Numbered from the stretch's first letter, positions 26,401 to 41,109 are shown. The stretch: DNA of 64,000 bases from the human T2T-CHM13v2.0 reference genome, Homo sapiens (GCF_009914755.1 NC_060930.1); one strand, 5' to 3'. Notes: generated by a model from the letters alone, not told the origin. Translations and numbers: made by a program.

Positions 26401-29400
26401 CCCCTGCATGCTACTATTCTCCATACTCTGCTGCTACCCTCTTCCAACCCTGTATACATGAACACCCTCCTCACTTCATTAGGTCTCTGACACTGTCCAC
26501 TGGAACTTCCTGGGTTTTGATGCCTGGTTCTGAGCTACTCCCAAACCCACACATGCCTTCCTCACCTTACTTGGGCTCTGACACTCTGTGCCAAACTGCC
26601 CTGTGCTGTGTGAATGTCCTCCTTATCCCACTCTGATGCCCTGCAGTGGACAGCTGTTACTACCATCCAACCACCTGGACACCCTTCCCACTGCTTGTGC
26701 TCTAACACCTGTGCCTGGTCACTGTTTTGTGTGGTCCCCCTTCTTGCTGCTCAGGCTTTTCTATCTCCCTCAGGCCATATGCTGAGGCCTACTTTGCTCA
26801 GCCCCCACCTAATGCTATGTAGGTTTTTAATTTTGAAATTTTTTGCCAAATTGCCATACAGAGAGACTATGAATTTACATCCCACAGCCAGTTGAAGAGC
26901 ACCTGTCTCCCTAACACCTTCTGCTTTTAGATCTTTGCTCATTTGAGAAGTAAAAAATGTATATATCAAATTGTAGCTTAAAATGTATTTGAAGAAAAAT
27001 CGAATACTTCTTTAAAACAATAGGAATGCATATTTTCATTAAAGTCCAATATTATGATTTTATTAGCACTCTTAATTTTTAATTCTTGAACACCAAACTT
27101 TATAAAACAATGCAATTTTCTCAGTTATGTAATAGCATATTTTTCTGTTTAATAACTAAATTGAGTCCCAGAAACATATTGCTGGTCCCAGATTTAATTG
27201 AAAGGGATAGCAAATTTTAATTTCTAATGGGACAAGAAAAACAACACTTGAAAAGTCTGCTTTGACTAGAACAGTTGTCAAATCAGTAATTAATTGTTTA
27301 TACTTATGTCACTTTGCCTGGAAAGGAAAAATTAAATTTAGGAAGATAAAAAACACCATCACATGATAATAATAGAAGGTCTTGGTCATTTGGTCATGTG
27401 TCCTAAGTTTTTGGAGAAAGTCACAATGCCAGAGTACCCTGGATTTCAGAGAAGGCCCCAGGCAACATTTCATTATAATTGGTGATGGTATTTACGGAGC
27501 ATTAACAGTTCACTAGGAGCAGCCTTCTTCGCAGTGAAGCCCTTGGTACACCAGGAACCCAATGGAAGCTCTCTTTCGTTTATACTTACCCAGTAAGTGG
27601 CACTAAACATTCATTTAGATTTCTCTATAGATGGCCCATGGCTGGACAGAGCAGCCTGATGTAATTAGCAGACCATTATTTTCCTTTCAGGGTGTGGTAG
27701 AGTTAGACTTGTTAAAACAACCTCCAGAATTGAAATGTGATAGATCCCAAGGAACTGTGCCATTTACGTGTACAATTAACAGAATCATAAGGAAAAACAA
27801 AACCTTAGTAATAGCTTAAGTTTTGCATAATTTCCTGCATTTCACCAAGTGACTAGAGATTGTCCAAGGCTCTGCATTTTGGAAATCTAGAGGGCATTCT
27901 GCAGCCACCATCTGATATCTCAGACTCACAGTGTATGCCAGAAGATTCTCTGGGCTTTCACAAAAAAGAAAAAAACTTCTTGGCTCATTCTATGGAAGGA
28001 GTATACTCAAAAGTTTAATTTTGCCAGCAACAAAGATAATACTGAGGACCATCATCACAGCAATACCTCAGTGATCAAGCATTATTGGGTAGAACAAGTT
28101 CTTCTGGGTGAATAAATTTTCAGGATAGCATAACTTTCAGGATAACTGGTGATTTCACTTTGCATATTTTTGCTAATACTTTTTCTATCGGTCATCATTA
28201 AAGGATTTCTAGAGCTAGAAAGTTTAAAATTCTCATTTTTCAAGTGAGGAAACTAAGGCATTGAGGTTAAGATAGATGCCCTGGAAAACTGAGGCAGGAA
28301 GGTCAATACCAGTCATCAACAAGGTTATAGCGTCATCTACTATGATGCAAGAAGTAGGATGGCAGGGTTCACTAAGGTTAATTCTGGGAGGGGTAATTAG
28401 GGTCATAGTCAAGACTCAAGGGAATATGGTAAAGATGGGGTGGAGATGGAAGACAGCAGCATTTATTAGGAGAATTTCTGCTCATCCTTTAAGACTGTCT
28501 AAAGATTACCTCCCTGTGAAATATTTCCTGGCACCTCCTTCCTGTCTAGAAAGAATAAATGATCCCACAGCTGTATTCCCTTCGTTTTTTACGGAAGCTT
28601 TATCATAGCACCTATCACTTCATGTTTTTTAAATGTGTGGCCTAAAGGAAGAAGTGTTGTTGAATGAAATATTTGTATCTTCAACATACCCAGCATCATC
28701 TGACATATGGTAGGTGCGCAAGATAGATTCGTTGAGTAGTTCAATAAATATAGGACTGAAAGATAAATGATGAGAAAAGAACACAAGCTATGTCTTGACT
28801 TAGGGTCAGTGTTAGAAGTAACAGTGATTGGCTGAGGATGAATACGCATTCAAGGATGACCCCTTCCCTTGGCTCAGGCTGCTTAACTTTTACAGTTGTT
28901 TTTGGTTCTATTTCATTTCTTACCATTAGCTGAAACTCCCCCTAAAAACAAGCATATTACATAATGAATACTATGGACAAGCAGAAACTGGATTTATTGA
29001 TTCCTGGAAAAAATAATTATTTTTTCAGCAAATATTGTTGAAGGTCTATCATGTACCTGGTGCTGTCATAGATTCTGTGAATTCAACACATTTCTTGCCA
29101 TTGTGGATCTTACATTCCAGTGGGGACCAGACTGTAGAGAAATGATGCATAATACACGGTCAGACTTTGATGAGAATGATGAAGACAAAGCAAGACAAGG
29201 GGTTTGAGGGAGGGGGACGGACTCACATTTTAAGAGGTCAGTGGGGAAGAATGTTTCTCAGAGGAGGTAACTTTGAGCAGAGACCTGTTTTATCCTTTGA
29301 AACTCAAACCTGAAGCTTTAAGATTCCAGGCTAATTTAATCTAGATGTCATCTTCTGGACTCCCTCAAATCCCCTTTCCCACAGTCATTTTGCTGCTTGA

Positions 29401-29758
29401 CCAAGACCATTTTTAATGTAGTGGTGATGGCCTGTGTTGCCAAGGCCTGAAAGGTATCTCTTTTCCTAAATGTTTCCCATCTGATCTGGCAGGACCCTCT
29501 ATCCATTTTAGTTTGCCAGATATTTATAAGAATCTGCCACATTCTAGAAACTGGCCAGGCCTTGGAAATGGAACCAAACATAAGACATGGCTGCAGTCCT
29601 CAGTGAACTTACATATTAGAGGGGATTGTAAACACACAAACAAATTAGTTGCAAAAAAAGTGTGATGGGTGCCTTCAGAGCTGTAGGCCCATGGGGACAA
29701 AACCCAAAGCAGCTCCTGAGCCTAGGGACTTGGAAAGACACTTAGAAGAGGTGATGTC

Positions 29759-30290
29759 TGATAAGGTTCAGGACATACTACTAGAAAATATGGCACCTTG
29801 GCATATTGAATATTTTAAGCTAAAGGAAGTTGAGAAAACAGCAGAAGCAGGAAGATCTCTCTGACCTTCCCCTGCCCTTTTCCTCTGAAGTAGGTCACAA
29901 GACTCCCGCACAAAAGGTGCCCTCCCTATAACCAGAGGGAAGCAGCATTCTTATCTCAAAAGACAAAGGGACACAGTGAAGAATCTGAACACACAGGCCT
30001 TGCTAAGTTTCTTCTAGCTTACTACACTCGCCACATACTCTTTGCCCTATCATATTTCTCCACAACTGTTCACTCTTCATCAAACCTACTATCAAAAACA
30101 CTAGGATTTAACTGTTTTTTTCAGGCCATTTCCTTATGAATACTCCTGCACCATGTAAAAGTTAGATTAACCGAATACATTTGTATGCAGTTCTCTTGTT
30201 ACTGTGTCTTCTGTTACAGGGTTCTCTTGTTAATGTGTCTTTTGTTACAGGTGCCCCAGCCATGAATTTAGGAGGCTAAAAGGAAACATG
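29759..30290 (+). mobile_element. ERV1-class LTR (MER34/MER39-type) inserted in L2
   Basis: tgataaggttcaggacatactactagaaaatatggcaccttggcat...gagaaaacagcagaagcagg; 3' boundary uncertain. Confidence 0.75.
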
Positions 30291-32324
30291 CCTGAGCAAA
30301 GTTGTAAAAGAGAAGTAGGTATTTTTCAGCCTGACATTGGCACACGCTAAGAAAGACAACAGTGAGGGCACCTCATGCATACATGGACTAGAAAGAAGTT
30401 CTGTTTGGACCTCCAGTCTTCTGGTTTAGCTCATTCATAGGCTGTGAGGTGGGGCAAAGGAGGCACAATAAGAGATGGGCACCACTTAATTCTGATAAAC
30501 TGTACACAGCTAAGTTAAGGGGCAGCAATGTAGTTGAGGTTTGGTGATACAGAAAGAGGCTTTCTTGTGAGGGTCATCAAAAGTCATTATGGAGAGTTTG
30601 TATGCCATATATATAAATGTTACATACATATTCGTGCATAAACCATACATATTCAGGGAAATAGGCAGCCCCTGAAATTACTAGGAAAACTAACCAGGGA
30701 AGTGTAGGCTTCATGAAATGGGAACAAGGCGAGACCAATGGCTGGATGATGGATTAGTTGACTGTTGCGGTAATCTTTGAGTGGTTGATGAGGTTCTGGA
30801 CCAGGATTATGTCAAGTGAATAAAGCAAAAATTATCCTCATTATTATATAAGACTGTCAGTGCCAAGAACTACATGACAAGACTGGGCGCTTGACTGGAT
30901 CTGACAAACGTAAGTGAACCACACTCCATTCAGAAGGCTTTGTCTTCTTTTCTCCCCTTCCTTGTCATCTCAGCTCTGAAAAGAAAAATATATCCTGGCT
31001 AATGAGTTTCACTTTACATGACATTAACCAGGAATTTTTATTAACTAGCAAATGGCAACTTCCCATTCTACCTCATCCATTAGGCAATGAATTTTAAATT
31101 GAAAGAGAGGTGTTTTAGAGGTCTGTTTCACATCACTGCTTTAATTTCTTGTTTGTCAATGTGTATAGATTTCTGGTGCTGCAGAAATGGATAACTGCTG
31201 GCCAAAGAACACAGGGATGCCTGTGACTCCCTGTAGGCTTTTGGATGAATGTTTTGCAGGTACACCTAAAAAACTAATTTTCTTCCCTTACACAATAGAT
31301 GAAAATGAGAATTTAAGATCTAAATACCACTGCCCAATTTTCTGTCCTCTCGCTCCCCCGCTCCAACCCTCTGAAAGGCAACTATGTCTAAGATGAGACT
31401 TATTTTATGTGTCAGAACAAAAAAATGCAATTTAACACACTCTGGAATTATTTCAGAAGCAGTAGACTCTTGAATAATTTAGACTTGTCTCTGAGTTTTA
31501 AGCACCAATCAAATAATTAGATAAGGTAAATTAAGGAGGCCAGCAAATGTAATTTACCGGTTTCATCACCTATTATACATTTTCAGATTAAGTGTGCAAA
31601 AGCACTTAGAGGAGATGTCAGAGATCCTTCCTGAGGGAAGTCATGTGACCTTCTCTACCTCTCACAAATGCTCCTTTTTATATCAAAGGGCCATTTGTTT
31701 GCTCTTAACAGCAAATAGCACACTCTATCCTCCAAATGGCCACCTGCACGAGCCCAGCACTTAAGAAAGACTAAAAAGCTGTATCAACCAGTGATAATGC
31801 ATGGATCTTTATGAGGCTGATGGAAATGAATTATTTCAGAAAACCATCACAGGAGTAACAATTTCTTAAATGGATTAGATTCAGTTGAGGACTATATTAC
31901 AGCTTCTTTCTATTCTGGAAAAATCTAAATCACTTCAATATTGTCCATAATAAAGTTTCCTAAATAGACCCATGAAATAAAAGGAAGTGCTTACTAACTG
32001 CTATGTACCAGCCATCAGCCCAAATTCTTCATCAAACTCTCCATTATCCAAGATCCACTCTACAAGATGCCAAACGGTCTAACTCCCTCCCACACGTCAG
32101 TGGGAGACACCAGGATGGGATATTTGAAAGTCACCCAAGATGTGAGGAGGGACCTGTTCTCCATCTTCACTACTCATCCTTTGGAAATTTTCTTTCAGGC
32201 CAAAGGAAACATGCCTGAGGAGTGGACCCCAAGCAGCCTGCACTGGGGCTGCCAATGGGAGGGAGCACCTGCCTGGGCGGGAAGGATAAAGTGGGAATAT
32301 GGGTCTTCTTGTAACTCACCACAC

Positions 32325-32489
32325 CAGTGGTCTGCAGATTTTGTTGTGTATCAGAATCACCCACAAGGCCCCACCCCCCCAGAGTTTCTGTTTTAGTGTA
32401 TCTGGGGAAGAGCCTGAGAATTTTTATTTCCAACAAATTTCCAGATGATGTCAATACTGCTGGTCTGGGACCACACTTTAAGAACCATA
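32325..32489. mobile_element. MER5A
   Basis: cagtggtct...tcagaatcacc...ggaccacactttaagaacca. Confidence 0.8.
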
Positions 32490-32929
32490 GCATCCTTTTG
32501 GAAACTCTCAGGAGGGGGCTGGTGGCTGGCTAGGATTGTACCCTCGTTTCTGTTTCTTTATATCCTTGGGTATTAGTCATCCTTACTTACCCCTCATTGG
32601 CTGATTTTGCCTCCTTCCCCTGCCCTCAACACAGTCATTGCTATCAGTAGGCCTTGGCCTCTTCTTCACCCTATCAGAACATCCTTCCTCCTCTTTTCTG
32701 TCTCTTCATCTTCCTTTCATTCTCTAAAGCTCAAGTCAAATCCTATTCTTTCCACGAAGATGATTCTAAACAGCTCAAGCTCTCATTTCTCTCTCTTATT
32801 TTCCCTGAAGTCTTCCAGTTTTGGTGGTCTGTAGTAAGTCTTAATTGTTCTCAGACTGATTCATGGGGTTTTGTTCTTCAAGTAAATTGTAAGTTCTTGC
32901 AGGTAGGGATGGTTCATAGATAAAAGTGG

Positions 32930-33140
32930 TGATGGTATTTAATATGGTCAATGTTTACCATGTGTTAAGCATTGCACTAACCCTTTTACATGTATTAATT
33001 CCTGAGGCATTATCATTCCCCTTTTACAAGTGAGGAAAACTGAAGAACAGATAGTGTATAATATGCATAATATCACACAGGAGCACTTGGTGGGGCCAGT
33101 ATTGAAGCCAAGACCACCTGAGTTCACTTTAACCACTACC
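32930..33140 (-). mobile_element. MIR
   Basis: cccttttacaagtgaggaaaactga core. Confidence 0.75.
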
Positions 33141-33507
33141 CAGGTGATGCAAGAGTCCCCTAAGCACCTCAGGCAAAGCACTCAGCATAGCACCTGGAAT
33201 ATAGTGGCACGAGCACTCTGTAAATGGCAGCCAGGATTCCAGAATGAAAGGCTGATTCCTGAGTGGTTACTGAGGGAGCTGAGCAGACACATAGCCTATG
33301 TTTTCTTATGATCATTTTACTTTGATCAATGCCTTTTGCATTATCCTAAGCACACAGAAATGATGCTTATATGTGTTGCTTCACACATAGCCCAATTGTC
33401 TTTGCACAGTGCTATTCACCTTTTATTTTCTTTTTATTTTCATGGGTGATGGCCTGTATTTGAATGAGTAGGATGGAGTTACAAGAGTGTCCCATGTTCA
33501 CGAAACA

Positions 33508-33807
<300 letters not shown>

Positions 33808-34410
33808 GAAACAGTCTTTATGCTCTAAGATTTGTCACTCATTTGGGGCCTTAATCAATAACCCCAGGACTTAATAGCTCTGCAGGTCACACAACATGTA
33901 CCAATTGCCAGATGTGAAAATAGAAAATAAAATATAACACAAAAATTCATATTTACAAATTTTCATTTTCACAGCAATATCTTTAATAGTGAAGCCAATA
34001 ATGACACCGTGAAGCACTGATAATCACTATAGCAATCTTTACAAACTCTATAATATAGCAGTTAATGTATTGCTATTCTTTTGCTCAAATTCAAATCTGT
34101 TTTTTGGCATATCTCTTAATTCCCACCAGATGAACATGTTTATAGGTACACTGAAAGCCTAGAGTATTATTTGGTTAGGATGGCTTCTTTTAACATAAGA
34201 AGCTCTAACATTTATATTTCAAAGAATGACACACATTATTTGTCACACATCAAAATTCTGAATATACCAAGCAGTCATGCTTGTCATTATACTAAGTCTT
34301 CCTTACAGGTAGTCTATTTATCTAACACACTTTTCTCCCTGAAGCACTGAGGTATATGCTTTTGTATACTTCTATTTGTATTTAAAAGGCAGAAAATAAT
34401 GTCACAAGCA

Positions 34411-34725
<315 letters not shown>

Positions 34726-36319
34726 GAAAGAATGTCACAAGCAGAAACCACTTAACTAAAAATCCCAAAGAATCCATATCAATCTATATTACCTTGCACA
34801 TTGAGCATGAGCACCAACATGCTTAAGTAAACAGATGGACTTTGAAGAAAATGGGTGCAATTAGCAGTGTGGACTGGGCTGATACCTGTACAGGGATGCT
34901 GCAGGATGCCCGAGTCACTTTGTATGAGCTAAATGAGAAGGACAGCACCTCTTAAGGACCACAGGTACAAAGGTAGGCTCAAGCCTCAAACTCAAGGAGG
35001 TAGCTTGTCCCCACCCCTAGGAAAGGCAGCAGAGTAGTTACACTGGTGGCAGCAATATAGAACCAAAGTGGAAGGTACTTATTTGGGCAAAGTCTTGCTT
35101 AAAGATGCAGTGAGTCATGTGCTGCAGATGGCAGGCCATGGTGGTTAAAGCCTCAGCTTTGAGGTGGCCTGGCTCTACCCAGTCAAGCTTGTTGCCTGCA
35201 GAGCCCCATTTTTGGCCTCATTTACTAAATTGTTATTAGCAGCCTCTAAGCCTACTGCCTTCCCCATACACACATGGATGGTTCTTTTTCAATTATTGAT
35301 GCTAATGGGTGAGAGGAATAGGGAAAATAATGAATAATTGACTCCCAACTTCATATTCCTTTACTTAACACTTCCCCAGTCTTCTCCACATCCAAATATC
35401 TTATCAAAGTTTCCAGCAAATTTTAACCTTGAGGGATGTACCCAAATGTCCTTCTCTGGGACTCTGAATTCCCAGTGCTTTTTTGTGTGTTGATGTGTTT
35501 GCTTGCAGGAATTGCAAGAACCTAGAAACTCCCAGAACCCCTGCCCTGAGGAGACTTGCAGAGTTCTCCCTGGAGGTCTTTAGAAGGCTGGATTCATAAC
35601 TAGGTCTCTCTTAACCAAAGCATCCAGCCTCCCCTAGAAATATGATAATCTTCAGCTTCTAACAAAGAGGCTTTGCCTTGTGGCGTTTAGCTTCCGGTCA
35701 GTTAGCTGTTCTTTCTCCTTCCATCCCAGATCAATCTCAGAAAACCAGGTTAGCTCTAAATGTGGCAACCATTAGGAGCATACTGTCGGTGTGAATTTGT
35801 GTGTAAATTTAGAAATATTGCCACTTCCCTCCAAAGCTATTTCTCCCTTCTTAAATCAAGAGGAAGAAAATGGCTAATTTCTTGGTTGAAATCATTTCTG
35901 TCATTTTACTATGTACTTGAGACTATTGCAAGCAAATGTATAGATTTTTACTAAACTGTATTGGTTTTTAGAGCTGAAGATTTTAGAAAGCCACTCCAGA
36001 TCTCAGGCTTCTAAACAAACTGCCAGTGAGATCAAAGCTGCTCTGTCTGGCTCAAGTATTATAGCCCAGGAACCTGAGTGAGTTTTGAGCAAGAAATAAT
36101 CTAAAACAAAAACAAACAAACAAAAAAATAACTGCCTCTAATTCTGCATAGCAGACACTCACCAATTAACTGATTATCAAATGCTTTTTGACAGAGCAAT
36201 CTTGCCCTTGGTATAACTTAAATACATTTGTTTATCAATTGCTGTTTGCTTTTTTTATTTTTCATTAATATATGGGAGGTTTTGTTTCTGGGTGGTCTGT
36301 TGATAGTTCAACTTCATTG

Positions 36320-36741
36320 TGACTCATGCTCCCCAGCCCTCCACTCTTCTCCATCTTGGAGGAAAACCAGAAACCTCACTACCCAGTTCTTTTCCTATGT
36401 GCCTCGAGGTTACATTTGTCCAGTGAGAGGCACCCCCGTGAAACATCTGAGGCAGAAAAGGAGAAGCCATTTTTCTTTAGTGCCAGCTACAGGCGGTTAC
36501 TCAGAGCCTCAGCTTCTCAGGGTCCTGCTGAGAAGCACCTGCTATGGGCAACTTGATCACAACAGAAGCCCCAATTTCTCTTGAGATCTCTGCATTTCAG
36601 ATGCCCTAAGAGCAACCGTCTGACCTTTCCTTACCCAGCCCTTCTAATGGTTGTGCAAGCCTTAATTCCTCTTTCAACTCTCTCCAACTCATCAAAAACC
36701 TAGCATGACTTCTGTTTTCTGATTAAATCCTGACTGATACT
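36320..36741 (+). mobile_element. Old ERVL-type LTR
   Basis: Ends ttctgttttctgattaaatcctgactgatac, as ERVL LTR 3' ends do; family uncertain. Confidence 0.5.
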
Positions 36742-36841
36742 GGGGCCAGGGATTCATTCTCTTATGCCTCTTTTTCCTCATGATACAAAAGCTAGGGGTA
36801 TCAGTCAGTAAGCAGTGAGAAAGTACTTATTGAAAGCACAG

Positions 36842-37186
<345 letters not shown>

Positions 37187-37594
37187 TCAAGATAAAGTCC
37201 CCAAATAAAACAGATACAATAATGACCACACATATATAAAATGTATATGTAAACACAATAACTAAAAGTTTGTGCCAAGGAAAGATTGGATCAGGGAATC
37301 TTCTGGAGGCAAGAAAATCACTAAGATGTTTCCTTTCTTTCTAAAATCTGCTGGGCAAATGTTCAGCAGACAGCTTTTTTGGACATGCGCTGTCGTCCTT
37401 GACTGCATCCATCCTGAGCTGCAGGGCAGCACTGTCACTGTATGTCAGGGACACAGGAGGAGGGAGGCCTGTGAATGAAGAAATGTAGTGTTTAATTTTC
37501 TGCTGCTTCCTGAACACTCACAGGGTATATCTGGGAAGAATTTGAGGCCATGAATAGTTCCATTAAAAGGTACACCTATCATTTATAAAGATCT

Positions 37595-38090
37595 GGGATT
37601 CAAGACAGAAAATGCTGACTCAACTGGCTTAAACCACATGGAATGGATGCAGGAACAATCAGAGGCCCCATGATGCCATCCACCCAGGTTTGTCTTGTCC
37701 TCTCCTCTGCTGTCCTCAGCATCAGTTCTATTTTGATGCTGTCCTCCCTGTGGAGGCAAGACAGCTGCCACATTCCTAAGTAACACATCTAGAAACAAAA
37801 TACCATTGGGTGCCAAAAAGGGAGCATGGTTTCTGGTGTTTGTATTTTCAGAAACAGAGAAAACTCTCCCTCTAAACTCCCAGCATTCCACCTCTCTTGC
37901 ATGTCCCACTGGCTAGAAATGAGTCACAAGCCCACTCCTAAACCTATTATTGGAAAGAGAATGGGGTCATACAAATGGGCTTAGTTCAGCCAGGATTCAG
38001 CCCTGGAAGTGGGGTAAGCCCCCTGCTTTGTGCCACATTGGAAAGAGATGAGTGCCTGATACTGGGGCTTTGACAATAGAAAATCAGGAG
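37595..38090 (-). mobile_element. Old MLT1 (J/K-like) LTR
   Basis: gacagaaaatgctgactcaactggcttaaac and ctggctagaaatgagtcaca..cccactcctaaacc blocks. Confidence 0.6.
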
Positions 38091-38137
38091 GGGATATATA
38101 TTTCTCTAGAAATGATCTGATCAAAATGGTAGTTACT

Positions 38138-38430
38138 GGCTGCGCACAGTGGCTCACGTCTATAATCTCAGCATTTTGGAAGGCCAAGGCAGGAGGATTA
38201 TTTGAGCCCAGGAGTTCAAGACCAGCCCAGGCAATATAGTGAGAGACCCAGGCTCTACCCACCAGCCCTCACAAGAAAAAAATTTTCTGGGCATTTGGTA
38301 TGTGCCTGTAGTCCCAGCTACTCAGGAGGCTGAGGTGAGAGGATCTCTTGAGCCTGGGAGGTCAAGGCTACGGTGAGCTGAGATCATGCCACTGCACTCC
38401 AATCTGTCTCCAAAAGAAAAAGAAGAAAAG
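38138..38430 (+). mobile_element. AluJ
   Basis: ttgagcccaggagttcaagacc left arm; gaggtcaaggcta right arm. Confidence 0.9.
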
Positions 38431-39280
38431 GTAGTTACTTATTGTAACAGGAAGCAAGGAGGGCCTCAGATTTGTCAGTGTTGTTCATGACAACCACACA
38501 CTTTCAGAAAGTTTCAGTGGGATTCACACCTTACTTTGCACCACCACACTCCACGGGGCTTGGATGCAATTGTGCTGTATGTAAATGTGTATTGTGTATT
38601 CAACTATTCCTGGAATTCTATTTTCAATCCTGATCTTAATTAGAGGGATACTTCTTTACCACGACAAAGTCATGGTCAGAAGAGAAGCTCAACATTGTAT
38701 TGAGGTCACAGAAATAGAATTCCATTATTGTGCCTAGAGCAAGCTGAGCCACATGGGTGGGAAATTTTAGACTTCAGGATTGAGGGGCCAACAGAAAATA
38801 TTCAAAAATATGCAATGAATACCTTTCCACAGAATAAGACAATGCCATACATGGCCCAACTTGATCTGGTGTTTTCTCTATGTTATTAGGGTTTTCTGCA
38901 AAAGCAAACAAGCAAAAAACAGTGGTTCCATTGTTAACTATATTTGGGAAATGCTGAACTAAACAGGGTAAAACAGGTGTATCTACTTCAGGACCTCTCA
39001 GAGTTGTTGACACGGTGCCACAAATTGTGGCTCTCCAAAAGGGGACATTATATTCAGTGTTCCCCAAACATATTTGACCACAGAATACAAAATGGAATAT
39101 GGTGAGACTGATGTGCAGAATCCACTTTGGGAAAGGCTGCTCAGGCCCTTCATTTTACAGCTAAATAAACTGAGGACCTGTGAAATGAAGGAATGTGTCC
39201 AAGCTTGCTCCATTAGCCAGGATTCCTCGGGAAACAAATGGAAGCATCAAGAGAGTTTGAAATTTAAAAAAAATGATTAA

Positions 39281-39648
39281 TGTAGGCAGGATTAGGGAAG
39301 CCAACAAGATATAGTGAGACACCCAGGTGGTGGCTCTTGCCACCCCAACCCTAAAGGGGAAAGAGAAGGAAGCTTGTTACTGGAGCTCAGCTGAGAGCTG
39401 GAGAAACGGAGGGGCTGCCTGTCAGAACTGTCATGGGGTAGGGAAGAGGGGGATAAATACATGACCTCAGCCTGTCTCTCCTCCTGTCCTCTCCTTTCCC
39501 ACTGGTGCTGCCCATTGGCCAAATCCATCTGGAAGCCAGAGGGCGGAAGCCTGGTGATGCAGTTTGTAGAGGTCAGCCTCCCAGGCACAGAGCTGAGCAG
39601 AGAAGGGTGAGCACATATCTGTGGGGCAGGTGGGGAATAAACAGCACA
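39281..39648 (-). mobile_element. LTR33-type ERVL LTR
   Basis: cccattggccaaatcca..ggaagccagagggc...gaggtcagcctcccaggcacagagc...cagcaca. Confidence 0.8.
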
Positions 39649-39776
39649 ATTACATAGCTAGTATTTTGCCTTTTTCATTTTTTAAAAAAAGTTTACCTCA
39701 TATTTTATAAACTTATGTAAGTTGGCTTAATAAAATTTAATGCAATATAAAACAAAAAATGCTAAAAACATAAAGC

Positions 39777-40110
39777 AATGGTTTTCAAGATGTGGTCTCA
39801 AAGTGTGATTTCCAGGGGTTCCCAAGACCCTTCAGATCTGCAAGGTCAATTTGTAATAATACTATGATGTTACCTCGTGTTTTCCTTTCACTCTTTCACA
39901 AGCAACCCGTGGGTTTTCCCATGCTGAGTGATGATGTTATTGACTGCTAACGGAATGTGTGCCTGTGCATTCTCATGATTTAAAATTCATCCCATTTTAA
40001 TTTCTAATGTAGTAGATGATAAACATTACTCAAATAAACACAGTTTCTTTGGGTCCTCAATTATTTTTGATGTAAAGAAACCCTGAGACCAAAATGTGAA
40101 AGAACCACTG
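39777..40110. mobile_element. MER119-like hAT-Charlie element
   Basis: caatggttttcaa...gaaccactg terminal inverted repeats; taataatacta..atgtta block. Confidence 0.65.
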
Positions 40111-40144
40111 ATGTAAAGGTAGCCAAAGGACAGATGTGTCCAGG

Positions 40145-40857
40145 TGAGAGGTGAAGCCAGCTGGACTTCCTGGGTCGAATGGGGACTTGGAGAACTTTTC
40201 TATCTAGAGGATTGTAAATGCACCAATCAGCACTCTGTAAAAATGCACCAATCAGTGCTCTGTATCTAGCTAAAGGATTGTAAATACACCAATCAGTGCT
40301 CTCTATCTAGCTAAAGGATTGTAAATACACCAATCAGCACTCTGTAAAAACGCACCAATCAGCACTCCATGTCTAGCTAAAGGATTGTAAATGCACCAGT
40401 CAGCACTTTGTAAAATGGACCAATCAGCACTCTGCAAAATGGACCAATCGGCACCCTGTAAAATGGACCAATCAGCAGGACATGGGCGGGGCCAAATAAG
40501 GGAATAAAAGCTGGCCACCCAAGCCAGCAGAGGTAACCCGCTCCGGTCCCCTTCCATGCTGTGGAGGCTTTGTTCTTTTGCTCTTTCCAATAAATCTTGC
40601 TGCTGCTCACTCTTTGGGTCTGCACTACCTTTAAGAGCTATAACACTCACTGCAAAGGTCTGCGATTTCACTCCTGAAGTCAGCGAGACCACGAACCCAC
40701 TGGAATGGAGAAACTCTGGACACATCTGAACATCTGAAGGAACAAACTCCAGATACACCATCTTTAAGAACTGTAACACTCACCACGAGGGTCCAAGGCT
40801 TCATTCTTGAAGTCAGCGAGACCAAGAACCCACTGGAAGGAATACATTCAGGACATA
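40145..40857 (+). mobile_element. LTR12 (LTR12F-like, ERV9) solo LTR
   Basis: tgagaggtgaagccagctggacttcctgggtc start, tandem caccaatcagc repeats, U5 repeats gaagtcagcgagacca; 4-bp TSD cagg. Confidence 0.95.
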
Positions 40858-41109
40858 CAGGTACTTGAAAGGAACTATTCTTCATGCTGGGCACCAAATC
40901 TTCTAGTTTATCTAACAGTAAAGTCGATAGGAAACATAAGGGTTAGATGGTAAGTCATCTCTAGAGCCTGAGATGTGACTTGGGTAAGTTTTCTAACAAC
41001 AAAGTATAAGAAGCCCTTGTGTGGAGTTCATGTATAATGATCTACTTATTTAAAAACGATATATGGGATACTGGATAATAAAACAAAGTATCTTTATTGC
41101 AAGAGTGGT

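Noticed and set aside
27600-27800. Acceptor-like sites (ttctctatag, ttttcctttcag)
   Set aside because: No matching donor or meaningful reading frame downstream
4277-30290. The two MER34/39-type LTRs as ends of a provirus
   Set aside because: Opposite orientation, clearly diverged from each other, 25 kb apart, no internal ERV sequence
40200-40480. Repeat-spacer-like array
   Set aside because: LTR12 U3 tandem repeats without unique spacers in eukaryotic DNA; not CRISPR
40303-40779. Longest ORF (158 aa) with ADWSILQS repeats
   Set aside because: Antisense translation of the LTR12 CCAAT tandem repeats
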